Assembly: GCA_030704615.1 (NCBI GenBank)
Contig: CM060731.1
Coordinates: 64,666,001-64,730,000 of the forward strand
DNA: 64,000 nucleotides
Reading direction: 5' to 3'
Source: Takakia lepidozioides
Lineage: Eukaryota; Plantae; Bryophyta
Shown here: piece by piece, positions 1 to 14,300 of the stretch
How positions within the stretch are numbered: position 1 is the first letter of the stretch
Layout of the letters: the number at the start of each line of letters is the position of its first letter
Made by a program: the position numbers and the translations under genes
Notes under the pieces: generated by a model
What the model was told of the DNA's origin: nothing
The model's input: the letters and a program-made list of their open reading frames with translations, nothing else
Databases searched by the model: none

Positions 1-1240
1 CGAGTGACATGAAACCACAACTGGTGGTTGAAATCCTTACTCTGTAAATGGTCAATTACCGCCCCAAGTTGCTAATGTAATGGTGCCTTTGGTTGGAGCT
101 CACGCAGAAAGGAACTCAGGCTCCGTAGTAGAGGAAATCAATTATTAATATAGTTGTCGAAGTGGCTCCCTGAACAATCTTCACAGTGCCGAACCAGACC
201 GCTCCCAACATACAAACATGGATCATCCACCAATTCGTGTAAAGCTGGCCTGACCAGTAGTTGCCAAGGAAATTCGAGGCCGTCTTGCATGCACCCATTG
301 TGTCTACACACTTTTGAGAATCCAGTGGATGCCGTATAAATGAGGTCATTGGCTGTTAACATGGACTAGTAACTTGCTAGTATCTTGCTAGAACTACAGC
401 GATATAGTTTACCCAGTAAATAGTCTAGGATCTGATGTCACCATGAACGTTAGTAGGTACCTGGCACTCTATTCGTGGAAGGTCCTCTTCCATATACTTC
501 TCGAGCACACAACGTGTACCAGACGCGGACACCGAGAATGCACAATCATCAGCTGGTAGATCCTCGCACTCCAGCAGCTGCTTCCCTGCCCAGAAAGGGA
601 TCGCATGGAGGTAGAAGACACGCATAAGCTTAAAAGGGAGATATTTTCTAATCGCTTGAATCACAACGGCGCTTGGAGGTGAGAATGTTAGTACTATGTG
701 CATATCTAACAAGAACATCAGCAAAGGCAAATCAAATGCAAAGGAAAATTCCTCCTGTGCTGTACTGTAGGAGCTGTGTAGATGTACAAGTATACGGGCT
801 CAAATTTCAGAAACAACGGCAGTGGCCGGGACGGAGTTGGGTGCTTCTGGAAGACAGATCAGAGATCCATGTTTCAATGGAGAATCCAATCCCGACCCTC
901 TCTAGTACCTCGAGAAATTTATAAGCAGACGTAAAGATCTGAGTTCGAGAGGATTTTCTTTTCAACTTCACTGCAGCTCAATCTGCAACCACCCTAAATA
1001 ACCATTACCTGACTAGCTTGATTATGCAACTACGTGTACTCAAGTCCTCATCATACGTAATGTGAATTGCAGAACTTATACCTTGAGTGACACATATGAT
1101 ACTGAAAAATACAAGGGCTACCGTTGGTAGCCACCGGACACCAGCCATTTGGTCTGCCGTAATTTTTCTCTGCCATCCACTGACTGGTCAGTCTAACATT
1201 TAAGAGTAGCATTAGTCATGGGAGCAGACTACTTGCCCAC

Positions 1241-1648
1241 GGGGAATGAGCAGTGGTGAGCAGGTGAGAGGTGAGTGGGTGAGCTGCCAATTTTTTTTTA
1301 TTTAGACAATCTAATCAGACCTGTAGATTCGACGATGTTTACAAGTTCGGACGAATAATATGGCTTCAGATATAGGTTCAATTTAGGATCAGAAATAGGC
1401 TCTGGCTTATTTCTCCTGCGAACCACATATACATAGATCATAATGTTCGCTAGAGAACTACATGACGCTGAACCTAATCCCAAATCAAACTCCAACCCAA
1501 ACAAAATACAGAAACAAGTGCTCATATGTACAAATTAATGTGAGCATATAAATTTATTGTATCTGAAAATCTTAAATTGTGCTCACACAGTATTCACTTT
1601 TGAGTTTATGCTCACTGAAAACTTAGGTATGCTCACTAACTACCACCC
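1241..1648. mobile_element. Non-autonomous hAT-like MITE
   Basis: 8-bp direct repeat TTGCCCAC at 1233-1240 and 1649-1656; imperfect GGG.../...CCC termini; GTGAGC motifs near the left end and TGCTCAC motifs near the right end. Confidence 0.55.
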
Positions 1649-2899
1649 TTGCCCACCTGACCCTCGTTATAATCGTGATCATTCCTGCAAATGAACGTCC
1701 TTCGGGGCCTTTGGAGTCCGAACCACCGTCCTCAAGCTCCTTAATCCGATATTCTTCTAGTGGGTCTCTCCAGCTTCTCATTTCTCTCTTCTCATTTCTT
1801 CGGGTGAGTCACTATGATTTGTGCTTGCAATGACCATGACTGACTCAATGTCTACAGATACAGAGACGTACACCTTGAACTTCCTTGTTGACGAATCAGC
1901 TTGGTGGCTACAGTTGAGCCACATGAGGCGAGGCTTAACTGTAGCCACCAAGCTACAGTTGATTCGTCAACAATCATGAGTAGCTACTTTTGGGAATCGC
2001 ACGATTAAATCTCTTCTTCTATATTGAAGTCCATATACATGGAGTCTTGGAACTTAATTTCCGAAGAAATAAATCCTCAATCTAAGTTAAGATCTATCGA
2101 GATGCCCTGCTATGCAAGCAGGGGAGCGCCGATGTTGCATCGCAGTTGTTGACCTGGACGTGATCTCCAGGAAAGGATTCTGCGAAGAAACTGTACGTAC
2201 TCTGAGAAAGGAAAGGGAAAGGAATGGGAACAGAGCTCGACTAGTCATGTGGGTGTGTGATTTCACGGACCGCGATGTTGCTTACTCTAGAGGTCAAAGA
2301 GGGAACAGATGGAGCCCAAATGAGATATAACTTGCTGTAATGGAAAGCGAAACATCAAGAAGAATTCATGTACACAGAGGAGAAATGTTTGAGCCAAAGA
2401 AAAGCCTCACCAGTCAATGTATTACCTGCTCTGGAAGTGGAACCGTCAATTTCTTAGACACAGTAGGAGCAAGAAAGAGCCTCTCCGTTGTGCGCGTTGG
2501 GGACCAAGTGCCTAAAAGCATAGGTGCATGCAGCCGCTCCCTGTTGCAAATATAAACACTTCCAGAGCTTGGCCAGCTGAACGCTCATCTTTGCAGACGA
2601 ACGTGAGAGCCCAACAACTCGGTCAAAGGACTTTAGAAGCTCCGTGGAACGTGCCACCTTGCATGCAAGAAAGCTTGCTCGTACTGGGAGCTTGCGATTC
2701 ATCCCATCGACATTGCCAAGCTGCCCCACAGAGTGCATTCCATCGTGAGCGAGAACATTGGATAACTTGGCATCGTGCCACTCCCAGCGGGGGTAGCCGC
2801 CACCCTTTCTGTGATTGCGAATTTCCATCGCCGACTCTGGGCACCGACCCGCATGACCCACGATGGCTGACTGAGGTTTGAATACATTGAGGTTTGGAA

Positions 2900-3487
2900 C
2901 ACTGTTGGTCTGGTATAAGGTGAATAAAGCATTAGTATATGCACTGGTATCAGATACCAGACCAGTCTGGTATCATTTGGGAGAATATTTGGTCATATAA
3001 CAGACCAGGGTGGTATCAGGTTTTTCATACCAGCCACAATACCAGTACTCCCCCCTAGTCTTCCTCATTTACTCTGATATGTGTACCTTATTAATTTATA
3101 TGTACTAACATATGCCTACATACTTGTACTTATGTATATTTATTTTTTTATTTGTATAGTATTTGTTTTCACTTGCTATTTGCATAGGGCCCACCCCTGA
3201 AAGGGGCAGTAGCCACAAAGCGAAGTGGCACTTAGTTACGCTGGCTTTGGCCGGAGTCCTCTCTCTCTCTCCGTTAAAGAAACTTTATCTTTAACTTTAT
3301 CTCTCTACTTGCTATTTGATAAACTTGTAGTTCAAGATGGCTTTGGAATGGTACCAGAATTGATATCTCGTATCTAGAAAAGGATACATCCACCATTATA
3401 TAGACGAGACTAGTATAAAAGTTTTGTGATACATCTGGTACAGGCACCAGTCTGGTATGTCCTGAACCTGATACCAGAATAACACTG
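2900..3487. mobile_element. Non-autonomous hAT-like MITE
   Basis: TIRs CACTGTTGGTCTGGTAT ... ATACCAGAATAACACTG; 8-bp TSD GTTTGGAA (2892-2899, 3488-3495); repeated CTGGTAT/ATACCAG subterminal motifs. Confidence 0.8.
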
Positions 3488-4054
3488 GTTTGGAAATGGT
3501 CAGCTTCGAAAAAGCTTCACTCGTGGAGGGCCCTTCTTACTTCACGTCACCCACTGTAAAGCTAATATTACAACCTAAGGAATATCCCTCTATCCTCTAC
3601 AGATCAAGCTCTAATATGCCAAAAAGGTATCTAACCAGCATGTGATATTCTCTGGGAGTTACCTTGCTGTGTGAGTTCAAACCAGAGGTCATGAAAAGGT
3701 CCTCATTCCTTAGACGATGACCTAGTCTTGCCTTATTCAGGGCCTTACCACACGAGTGGCAGTGGAAGCCCCCGCAGCCTGCCGAAGGGGTGCTTATGTG
3801 GAGCCTTTCCAATGAAAGTAGGATTTCCAGGACTATTGCCTGGAAATCCGAAATGTTAGGGAACTTCTTTGTCGTGGCCCGACTGCCGGTCAAGTGATTG
3901 CGTTGGTTTGTTATTGCCGACCTGGGCCTACACTCCATAACATACATGTGCTACAATCCTAGCCAGGGACCTCCATGTCACTCGAGCTCAGTGCCGCGTG
4001 TGGTAAACCCTTCAGATTCAGGAGTGCAAGTACTCTGACTCTATGGTAAGCAAT

Positions 4055-4240
4055 TTGTTAGCTCTCTTGTAGCAAGAAACTCTGCAACATGTAAGTCAAG
4101 TGAGAAAATGTGGTCAAAGGACTTTACACCATGTCAGGGCTCCGATTGGTCTGTTATGATGAGTCATGCCCCTTAGTCTCACTTTCCTCTTATGATTTGC
4201 CAAAACAAGAGAGGCCATCACCGTTTTAGGCTTGTTATTC
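4055..4240 (+). repeat. Dispersed ~190-bp repeat (other copies at 23740-23925 inverted and 23980-24290)
   Basis: Shared text such as GAGAAAATGTGGTCAAA...GGCTCCGATTGGT...AGTCATGCCCCTTA...CAAGAGAG in all three copies. Confidence 0.8.
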
Positions 4241-6822
4241 TTTGGAGTTTCGTCTTCCTATGAGCTGTCTTGTAGTGTAATTAGAGGGTGTTACCAGAAC
4301 TTTATCTCAATGATTCTCATGTAATATAATGTGGAGTACAGAACAGTGTTGATGGCTTTGACATCAGGTACTTTTGCCATTTGGCGGCCATACTGAGACC
4401 TGCATATGGTATATAGTACCTTATTAATCCTTACACACACATGAAGCCTGCTTCGGGTTTGTTTTTTCGATCTCCTGAAACTTGCTGTGCTTTGCTGAAA
4501 AAAATTAGCCCAGAATACCAGTTGATCTTAGAGTGAGAAACATCATCTAATATTCCAGCACTTCCTCCATCCGGTTATGAAATTTTAGTGGCTAGGGGTA
4601 GGTGTCAAACCCAAATTTCGAAATTTGGGTTTGAGCGCAAAGCTCGTTTGCTCCTATTTTTTAACACCTCGGATCCCCCTGTACTTTACTATAATGAAGC
4701 TATGGGTTCCAGCACTGTTGATGCATGGAATGCGGCGATCTTGGGGAGTATGGAATGCACCGGTCCCATATGCACACTATTCTACCTAATAATCAACATA
4801 AAAATACACTAAAAATTTATCTGAAGTGCTTTACAAATAAGGCCCAAATCTGGCATGAATGGCCCCCTATTGGATACAACAGCACTGTATGGCAGCCGCG
4901 CAGACTGCCGCACACCAGCATAGGGTGTAGGCATCTTTTGGCAAACAAAGTGACCCCACCTAAGCCAGGCCCAATTCGGGACCCCTAAATGGGCAGTGGT
5001 AAGTAAATGGATGTGTTTACAAACATCTGACCAGAGGGATTTTCCATCCAAGAAATCCTTACCCTTGGAAAACAACCTTTTGAAAAATGATGTGTCATGA
5101 TTTCAGGTCCTGAAGGTCAAGAATTCATCCTGCAATATATCTCCCAAAAACTTGGCTGAAACCCAAATAGAGCACTAAAAAGTCAGATAAATAAAATGTT
5201 AGCCATACAGTAACAGCTCAAGGATTTCTAAAATTTGTCCCACAAAATCAACCCAAAACAAACAAACAGACAAAAATTGCAGTCAAAGAAAATCAGGTAG
5301 AAAAACCTTGTCTGGGCCTGATTTTGCAACTTCACATCCAATGAAATCAGCTTACCCTCCTACTCTCAACCATCATTGCTTGGACATCCTATTGCCGACT
5401 CACCATCATCTACCGGACAGCCGTGTTAGATTTACACGTAGATATATGGTACACATCAGCCTTCCCTAGCTGCCCAAGTCCTCATCTACTATCTGTTGAC
5501 ATTTGAACTGACATCACTTCTGGTTGGCTGATCAAACCCACATAGGTATACTATATTGGATGTCAGCCATTATGGCCAACCCAGCATATAAAAAGGGGGA
5601 GACTAGGCTGACCAATTAATATGTCGGTTTATAGTTATTCCTACACATATAAGACCCACCCCAAAAAGGGATGTAGCCGACAGGTGAGTCGGTACCTTCA
5701 GAGTCCTTGCAGAAGGGCTAGGCAATCAAGTTGCCCAGGTTTCAGTCGGTGTTCACCTTTCAAACAGAAGGCAAAAGCCCCTCAGGTGAAGTGACACCAT
5801 ATTTTACATTAGCGTCATACAACAATTAGGTGGGAGGTTAGTGATCTTGGTGAAGTAAGACAGCGAAGCCTGGAACCTGGAAAACCAAGGAGTATTGAGG
5901 GAGATGTGATCCTTCCTGCCTGCTATATTTCAATGCAAAGAGCTTCTGTCCATTCTCAGAGGTTGAGAAGAGCAATTCTGCGAAGCCAAAGATGGCATTG
6001 AAGGCTAAGGTCGTGACAAGTACGTGCACACAACTTTGATTTAAGTGGATGAATTGTTCTCCTTTTTGCTGGGGTTGGTTGATCTTACAATTGTTGAAAG
6101 TGCACCTTGATGAGACCTGCTTTTGTAAGAAGAAGAATAATGTTCTAGTGAGTCTCACACCCTGCATATGTAGTGACATTTCAACCTTCAAGCAAGAAAG
6201 CCCTCCCCATCCCGTGAGATGTGGAAGGCCACTGCTTGACATTACTCTGAAATGACAAAAGCCTGAGTTGAAGCTCTTTGGCTCACAAACATTGTGCAAC
6301 CAGGAAAAAGAGAGAGGATCTATAGCAAACAATATGCTCACCACCTATTTGTCTGAACAGTTCAAAAAGTCAGCGCAAATGGCTCCTTTGCTCCTGTGAC
6401 TATTGCATATATTACTTTTTTATGCAGTGGGCTGAGGGCCATGGGCGAGATAATTACACAAGTTTCTAAGTTCCAAAATCTAACTCACACAGGAACAGGT
6501 TACTTACCACTATCCACGAAGGGTGCAGTTGATGACCCCTCCATTTGACCATCGATACGGCTACAACCTAGTAAACTTTTTCCTAATAGGTAGTGTAATA
6601 ATACAAGATACTCTTTCGTGTACCCTCTCCTCCTGCTCCCCATCCCCCTTCTCTCCTGAAGGATTTTTTTTCTATTTAATGTCTTCTTGACTGTGCTGTG
6701 CTGCTCACCTCACCCAAACCTGCTACTGCTCTCAAGAAGAGGGACATTAGGGAGTAAACACTTTTTTGATACACAAAAAACAGTGCTCCCCACTTCAGAG
6801 TTGGCTATCTACCTTCCTCAAC

Positions 6823-9086
6823 TCAGTAGGATGAGGGTGCATATGCGTGTTGGTGACTGTAGTGCCGGCCTCGTAAACCCCAGTGCCCCAGAGCTGCTAA
6901 TTGGGCATTGGATTGTTCTACTGTGCTTAGAAAGCCTGGCATTTGCATGCCAACACGCACTGCAAACAAGTATACCAGCTGGAAAATGTCAGAAAACCTA
7001 GGATCATTCAATCCTGTTCATCTGAAAGGTAGCATGCGTGGATTGGAAAACACAATCCAAGGCACATAGATAACTTTACAATAAGCCAGTCTGCATGTGT
7101 GGAGATGCCCTTACTAACACGCTAGCAAGGACATCCCCTTGAAGCACAGGCCTGCAAGATACTGGCCATTCTGGAGTCCCATCCAAGGGATTCTAACCCA
7201 CCAAAGTCAGAAACAGAGCAAAAAATTTCACTAGCCTGTGTGAAAAGCAAATAAGTGACACAAGGGAGGCAATGTGCACACAGAAAGGGACAAGAGAAAT
7301 GGAGAGACAAGGCAACGACATTGCGGCGAGTTGAACACATAGGCTTACCTGCTGGGGAATAGTTAGGGTAAGGTGAGTATCTTGGAGAGTAGTTTTCAGC
7401 CAGATAATTATTGGTTTCATGTGATCGGAGGGACAGTCTGTTGCTACCTATGTTGTCCTGACCTGGGTGGGCTGCCCTTTCTCCTCCCGAAATCTGCAAA
7501 GAAAAAAAACATGCATCCAGTACTTCTCTCGTAATTTTCCTTGCAAAATTTAGGAATGTGTGTGTGTGGTGGCGAAGTGGTACGGGGCATAACTAAATCA
7601 TGTATTATTGATCCATCACACACTTTATCAGTGCAATATGAGGGTACTGTTCCACAATCACTTTGAAGAACAAGATTGAACTTGTGCTTGAAATTTGATC
7701 TTTGCAACTTTCATTTGCATGTATACAGCACCCGCCAGGATACAGCATTTCAAGGGGCAGCTTTAAAATATGGGTCAATTGGTGTAGAGACTGACCTCGA
7801 AGCATTCCTATTTATCAAAAGTATGTTTGTGGCTCAACTGTGCTTTACAGTCTAAGGGCCAAAAACAAATCAATCTGGGTGGCACATACCTGGTACTGAC
7901 TTGGGACCCAAATCTGTGTCTTGGGCCCCAGGTCAGCCAATGACAAACCCAGCACCATTGCTTGATCTCATCATGACCACAAATCAAGGTTAATGAGCTC
8001 TACGCCTCTCCTCATGGCCCCATGTGGCTTCCCCGCACAGTGAGGAAAGATTGTACCCTAGAGGCCAAAAGAGGGGCCAAAGCCTACCTATTTTGGCCCA
8101 GTTCCCAACTGGTACTTCTGTGAAACCCTTCTAGCAGCCGTGAAGCAAAATGCTTCACCTAAACCTTCCCTCCCTATTGAAATCATCTACAGACATTCCG
8201 AATACATGGCATACTATGACAGTCCGATGAGCTACTAAGCTACAGAGAACTCACCACCCGTAATGATCAACAACTCGAGATCGTGATACAAGCACAACGA
8301 GGCCGTGACAAACAAGTCCCCAAAGAAGAGGAAGAAAGATAACAAACCCAACCTACCGCAAAGCGAAGAGAGCGATTGTAAAGGGAGACAAGGCCTGAGA
8401 AAAGACGGAGGGCATACTGAGCACTCTCCTCTGTCTTGTACTCAGCAAAGCCATAACCCTTGTGACGCTTGCTGTCCTTGTCTCTTGGGATATATACCTC
8501 TACCAACGGACCTGCCTGCACCAATATCTCGTACAGCACCCTTTCCTCCACTCTCTCATCCAAATTCCCTATCATTGCCACAATCACTCTTTCTTATCAG
8601 CCAGTTCTCTCTTACCCAGCAGGTTTCCCGTAACTTTCCTCTCATACAACGCGTCCCGTAATGTTCACTCACTCCTCAACCACTCCATCAGTTGATTTCT
8701 AAAACAATAAATCCTCTCCCACCCCAGTTCGTCAACGACATTCTCGCAACTCCTAAACCCACACCTTTCAAAAAAGGTTAACAAGCGATCTAACTGACAA
8801 ACACTGATTACAGGACATCGCCTTCTTTCCACTCGGACTCTCCCTCTCGCTCCCGTAATTTCTATTTTTCATCTCGAAAGTGACGGTACAAAGAGGACAA
8901 AGCAGCAGGGAGAACGTCGAAAAATGAGCGTATCATCACCATACTCAACAGTGAATAAGCATCAAATCATTTCCAAAACAGCACGTTCACCCTGTGATTG
9001 AAAAAAAAAGCACAGGGAGTGGAGAGAAGAGAAGAATAAGGAAGAAACATACCGACGTACAAAGTGGCGTCTGTGTTTCGCGGCAT
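6823..9086 (-). CDS. RBM7: RBM7-like single-RRM RNA-binding protein (NEXT complex subunit homologue), 4 exons, 175 aa
   Basis: Exons 9086-9053, 8568-8357, 7493-7349 and 6959-6823 have GT-AG boundaries and consistent phases (1,0,1). Product [32 protein letters not shown]...KGYGFAEY...LFSGLVSLYNRSLRFAISG has RNP2/RNP1 motifs and closely resembles plant RBM7. Confidence 0.85.
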
Positions 9087-10829
9087 GATGTTAAACAGCC
9101 TGCCCTAAATGACAGTATAAAGAGAAAGAGGAAAAGGACAGCTACAATACAAGAGGAAAGTATGTGACCCTCCTACACAAAATACACGAGAACCAGACCT
9201 ACTAATGGCCCCTGGGTGAACAACAGAAGCAACTCGCTCAGCTACCCCTGCAGTGGAAGTAAACCTGGTTGAGGACAACACAGCGGAACAGTTTCTCACT
9301 CGGAAATTGACGAAAAACAACGGACACCTAGCCAGACAAGTAGACTTCAAGCTTACGAACAAAATGACAAACGCAGACTGGATCTCGGAAGGCAGTCGGG
9401 AGGCCAGCGATGCGAGAGAGAAGCTTCGGCGTTCTAGAAGGTGGGACGACCTTCGTTTCTCGTTCGTCTCCTCTAGAACGCGTATAGGACGAAGCGTCGG
9501 TTAGGGTGGCTACTCTGTCAAGATCCTGCCTCACAACTCCTCTACAATCTTCGAAATCGGCCCCACCAAGCGGGCCCATAGAGTGCATTTGGCGGGGCAT
9601 TTTGGCTTGCACAGCACTGGAGATGCTCTTAGGCGCTGGTGCTCGACCATTCCAGGGTACTTTATGCTCTAAATGGAATTGATATCATTTGCTCTACTGC
9701 TTGTGTTCCAGTCTACAGGCGGAGAACATCCCATAGAGTATGATGGAATTGCAGTATAAAACTTGTTTCCATCATGGGTTCAATAACTTCGTCAGCACAT
9801 GTGCCCATTCTGCTGTCTAAAGCAAAGGAATTGGAAGCCCAAATGTACCTGTTCTTGTAGCCTTCTTTAGACAATAAGTTTTTGTTTCTTTACAAAAGGC
9901 TCAAGCTCTTCCTATTTTACGTCAGGCAGAGGTTGCCAGGGCTGTATTAAAATCCCTTACCAAAGCTCATCACTGCAAAAATAAGGCATGTATGCTGTGC
10001 CATTACAAGAGTCATTCTCACCTCCCGGCACTTTCTGACCCATCCTCTTTCCTGTTGTAAGACCTTCTTGGGGCACTAGGTGATGTGAAAGTAGTTTGAT
10101 TTCTTTTTGATAATATATCTAGCTCTATGAGATTTTGTTTCTCCCTTGGAGACAATTTTACCCATTTGTACAATCACCCCAAATGGGTCTTTTGTAGAAC
10201 TATGTGGAAATGTCAATATGAAACTTCAGGTGTTGTACTACAGTGTGATGTGTAGCTGTGAGATTTTAGAGAGGAACTCAACGGACGGACTGGAAGCAAC
10301 ATTATACCTCCCAAATGTGTATTTCATCTATCTTGACAATGTATGTTGCTAAAAACAAACCACTGTGACGGTACTCCTATTGAGCCCTCGTGTTGTTTCT
10401 TAACAGAGATTGGTTGTCTGCATATGTCCTCGACAAAAAGAGGGAAGAAAGAGAGAAGGAACGATGGAAAGAAGTTCACGGGCCCAAGAGAAATGAACCC
10501 ATCAAACTGATAAATATTGGGGACGCACGCACCGTCAACTTGCTTCTAGATTTGTGTTTAGAAATTTAGCATTATACCGTTATACTAAATGAAGGATATA
10601 GTTTGTCTGCTCACCTAATAATGTGTTTGCAAGATTGGTAGCTTCTCCTCTTTGGGGTTGATAGGACGAGGTAAGGCGGACAACACAAAGACAGCATCAA
10701 GACCGTCAGTCAGTGACCACCGTCAGGTCTTTGAGGTTTCTGCCGAAGTTAAGAAAGGGGTCTCATTCATTTCCCTTCATAGTCTTTTCTTCCCTTCATT
10801 CTCTACAATCGCCGGTCACCATTATAAGT

Positions 10830-11150
10830 CAAGATCCTGACACCAATGCGAACAAGCTTTCTGGCCCCCTCAACTATTCAACATGGAAGTTCAGGATCAA
10901 AAATATCCTCAGGAGAGATGATCTTTGGACATAGTTGATCATCTCACCCCGTTAGTAGAGTTATCGATCCCATGAATTTTGAACAAGTCGACAATCTCCA
11001 GAGACTCAAAGTCAAAGCTCTTACTACTTCTGAATTTATCTGTGAAAGATCATGGCATTCCTTCTATTGCTCATTTCGAAGATCCCAAGGACAGTTGGAG
11101 GTATTTGGCAGAACTATTACCTCCAGTGCAGTAGCCACAGCCAAATACGC
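10830..11150 (+). mobile_element. Ty1/copia gag N-terminal remnant
   Basis: KLSGPLNYSTWKFRIKNILRRDDLW, then after a stop/frameshift LNLSVKDHGIPSIAHFEDPKDSWRYL, typical of a copia gag start. No LTR or pol recognised. Confidence 0.7.
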
Positions 11151-11366
11151 TCGACTAAATTCCTGAGTTCCTGCTGCAGGTTACACCTGGCATGATGCCA
11201 CAACCAGCCATGACTTCAGAAATAAAAATGGCCTCTATTGTCAATGAGTCTATTCAGCAATGACCCATGACATTGCTGATGCTTGCCATTTTCTTTTTTT
11301 GCAACCAGTTATTGTGATGCATGGAATTAGAGACGTGCCTTATTTGAGTATGGCTTACAAGGGCCA

Positions 11367-14300
11367 CTACATGTCATCATCCTCATCAACTTCGCCACAG
11401 TTCTCAAAGGTTTCCTCAGCTTCCTCATCCACTGCCTCCTCCATGGTCAAGTCTCCGTCCGTAGTGCTGTCAACAGCCGCTGCTGACAACTCCAGTGACA
11501 TGCGTTTGGCTTCTTCTTCTGCAGCCAAATTTTTCATGGCTGCTAAGCTCTCATCATTGAATAGTCCATGGTAGGGCTTTGTCACCTGCAGTGCCATTAC
11601 CATCCATCAATTCTAAACATTGGCAGTTTTAGGTATAGCATACTCAAAAGCAGGCCTACTTCATGGAGTAAAAAAGGGAACTTTGCTCACAGGTTCCTAT
11701 TCTACAAGAGGGGTCGCTGACAGAGACTCCACATCGCCACATTACACACTCTCGACTCACGCAAGAAAGAAAATGGAACAAATGCTACCTAGGTTTTCTA
11801 GGCCGAATTACATCCAAAAACAATTAGTGCCCAGCAAATCTTGCTATCTAGAAAGACCACCTTAAAGTATCGGCAGCGCTTTCTGGCACTGGTAATCAAG
11901 TTCTTCCAATGCTTGTCGATTCTCAAACTATCTGCACACCCCACCACCTGCAGCATCCCATCATTTCCCATTTCAACTTTCCTTAACCTACCACGTGTGC
12001 CTATCAACATCAGCAGCGGATGGTTGGCTACAATTCACATAAACCTGAGCAGTATCTCAATTTCAAATCGGGTCTTGACATCCATACTCGGGCAAACCTG
12101 CTATCAGTAACATTTGAACATACAACAAAGGACCTAGCTCTAACCAAGAATATTGATTTCAGGCACCATACCAGCATAGAAGCTCTAGCTCGAGTCAAGC
12201 CAACATTCATACGTCTATAGTCAGAGACAAAGCCAATGCTTTTCCCCTTCCTGGACCTTACACAAGAAAAGATGGCAACATCCTTCTCCCTTCCCTGCAA
12301 AAAACCATTGGTCAGACAACTGAAAATATTGTCACTCGCTTGGAAAGTTTCCCCTTGCAAATAATCATTCAAAGTACTCTTGGTTATTTGATGTGTGGAT
12401 GAGAGAACAGAATAGCATACCTGGAAGCCATCAACGGTGTTTATGTCAATGAGCCGGGCAGACTCCTGGCCGAGCACCTCAGTGAAGCGTTCACGCAGCA
12501 GCTTGACTTGGAGCTTATAGGGGGAAATAACAGCCACATGAGGCCCACCTTTGAGCTCAGGATAGGTGGCCACCATGTGCCGATACAGAACCAATACAAA
12601 TTCCACCTCATCCTTGTTCATCCACGATCCACTTCCTATCGGCTGGCTTTCTGTTCCTGTTATGTCAAAGAATGCAAATGGTCCAAAGCAGCGGTGCTCG
12701 TGCCATGGGCGCTTCGTTACCTTCTCCACTTCTCTACCATCCTCTAATGCCGCCTCGTAGAACTCGTTTGATGGAAATTCTCGAATCTATCCATCACATA
12801 CACACGCATGAATGCATCGAAGTCAACAATTGACGCTAAACAAAGCCACCTGATTCCATTTAAAAATAGCATGGACCCCGCCTCTGACAACAACAGCAAT
12901 CCCTATCAGTCGCTTAGGACCCAAGAAACCTATCAACGGGCATTTCAGTTATATCAGACATGAGAGTACTTGAGGGTGCATGCGATACTGTGTCTTCAGC
13001 ATTTGCACGGGGTACCCAGCCTTCTGGAAACGCTTGAACATGCTGGTGTCATACCTGCCAAATGCACACGCCCTCCATTCTCAGCTAAAAACACTTCACA
13101 AGACCTCAATCATCCATATGACAAAGAATACCACTAAAAGGGTAAGCAAATCCAAGCGCGCACCCATGCAAAACTGCTTCAGTGGAGAGGACGGTAGCCG
13201 GCAACTGGATGGGATCCCCAACCTGCACTGCCAAGTACAACACATTCATCAACCCACACAGCTATCCCTCTCCTGCCTCTTCCTTCGCCAGTGCCATGGC
13301 ACTGTAACCACAGCCACACTTATCACACGTTTGTTACCAGATAGGGGCTAGATCAGCAATGGTTAACCATGATGTAGTGCCTAACACTTGCATGTTGGGG
13401 TCTACTGATGTAACAGCGAAGAGTTATGTTGTTGTTGCACCAACTCAAACCTCTCGGATGGCAATTCAAGCTTGTTCGTCTGATGTCAATGTCAAAGCAT
13501 CATATATCCTTGTGGGCTGGAACCTCACAGGTGCACATCCACAGGACGTATCACATTGCTAGATTCCAGCTTTCCCTCATTTCCTGGACTAGCTTAGCAA
13601 GAGCACTAGTGGCCAGATACAGCATACATAATTGTGTGCTATCAAACACACGACAAATATTTGCTGCATTGTTTAAAGGGTACAGAATCATGCCAGAAAC
13701 ACTTGTCGGCAACCATGCACTAGCGGCACCAATGTTGATGGCTCCACCTGCATTCACCAACCTCCCCACATCAATATCACACCAACTAACACAGCAAGCA
13801 TTCCCTCTCGCTCATCAAGCACATGAACTTGACATCAGAGTAGGTGAAATCAAGACATTAAAGAGGATACAAAGGACATACCAAGACAAAATTCTACTGA
13901 AAGAAGATGATGATTCTTACAGCTTGTGCTGCCTCATCAATGACAACCACGTCAAAGCCACGATTCATGCGCATGAAGACACCTGCACCACTATAACTCA
14001 ATGTAGAGCAAACCTGCAGCCATAAAGCCACCCGCAATTACCAAGTATTCCTTAGGGTGTCCCAAAGACATGCCAACCATAGTCACTTGCCACACTAGAT
14101 AGCAAATAAGGCCATTACACCCACAAGGTATTGGTTTGCATTCCAATGTGATCGATTGGTTTATGTAAGGTAGTGAATTGTGCTCCTTTGCACTCTCTCC
14201 ACTCATTCTTCATGGATTGCAAGCACTCCAGAAAATGTCAGCAACATGCACAAATTCCACCATCTTAGGTCTTTAAGACACACTGCTCCAACAACTGTGA

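Noticed and set aside
116-1000. Short minus-strand ORFs with splice-like boundaries
   Set aside because: No consistent gene model or recognisable domain could be built.
2454-2861. HDAKLSNVL resembling a kinase catalytic loop, or LLKSFDRVVG..RSSAK resembling hAT transposase
   Set aside because: No supporting motifs (DFG/APE, or hAT DDE blocks) in any nearby frame.
3185-3300. CCCTGAAAGGGG...CGAAG as a possible hammerhead ribozyme
   Set aside because: The CUGANGA/GAAA core and the required stems are not present.
4590-4990. TAGGGGT...ACCCCTA possible MITE
   Set aside because: No matching target-site duplication.
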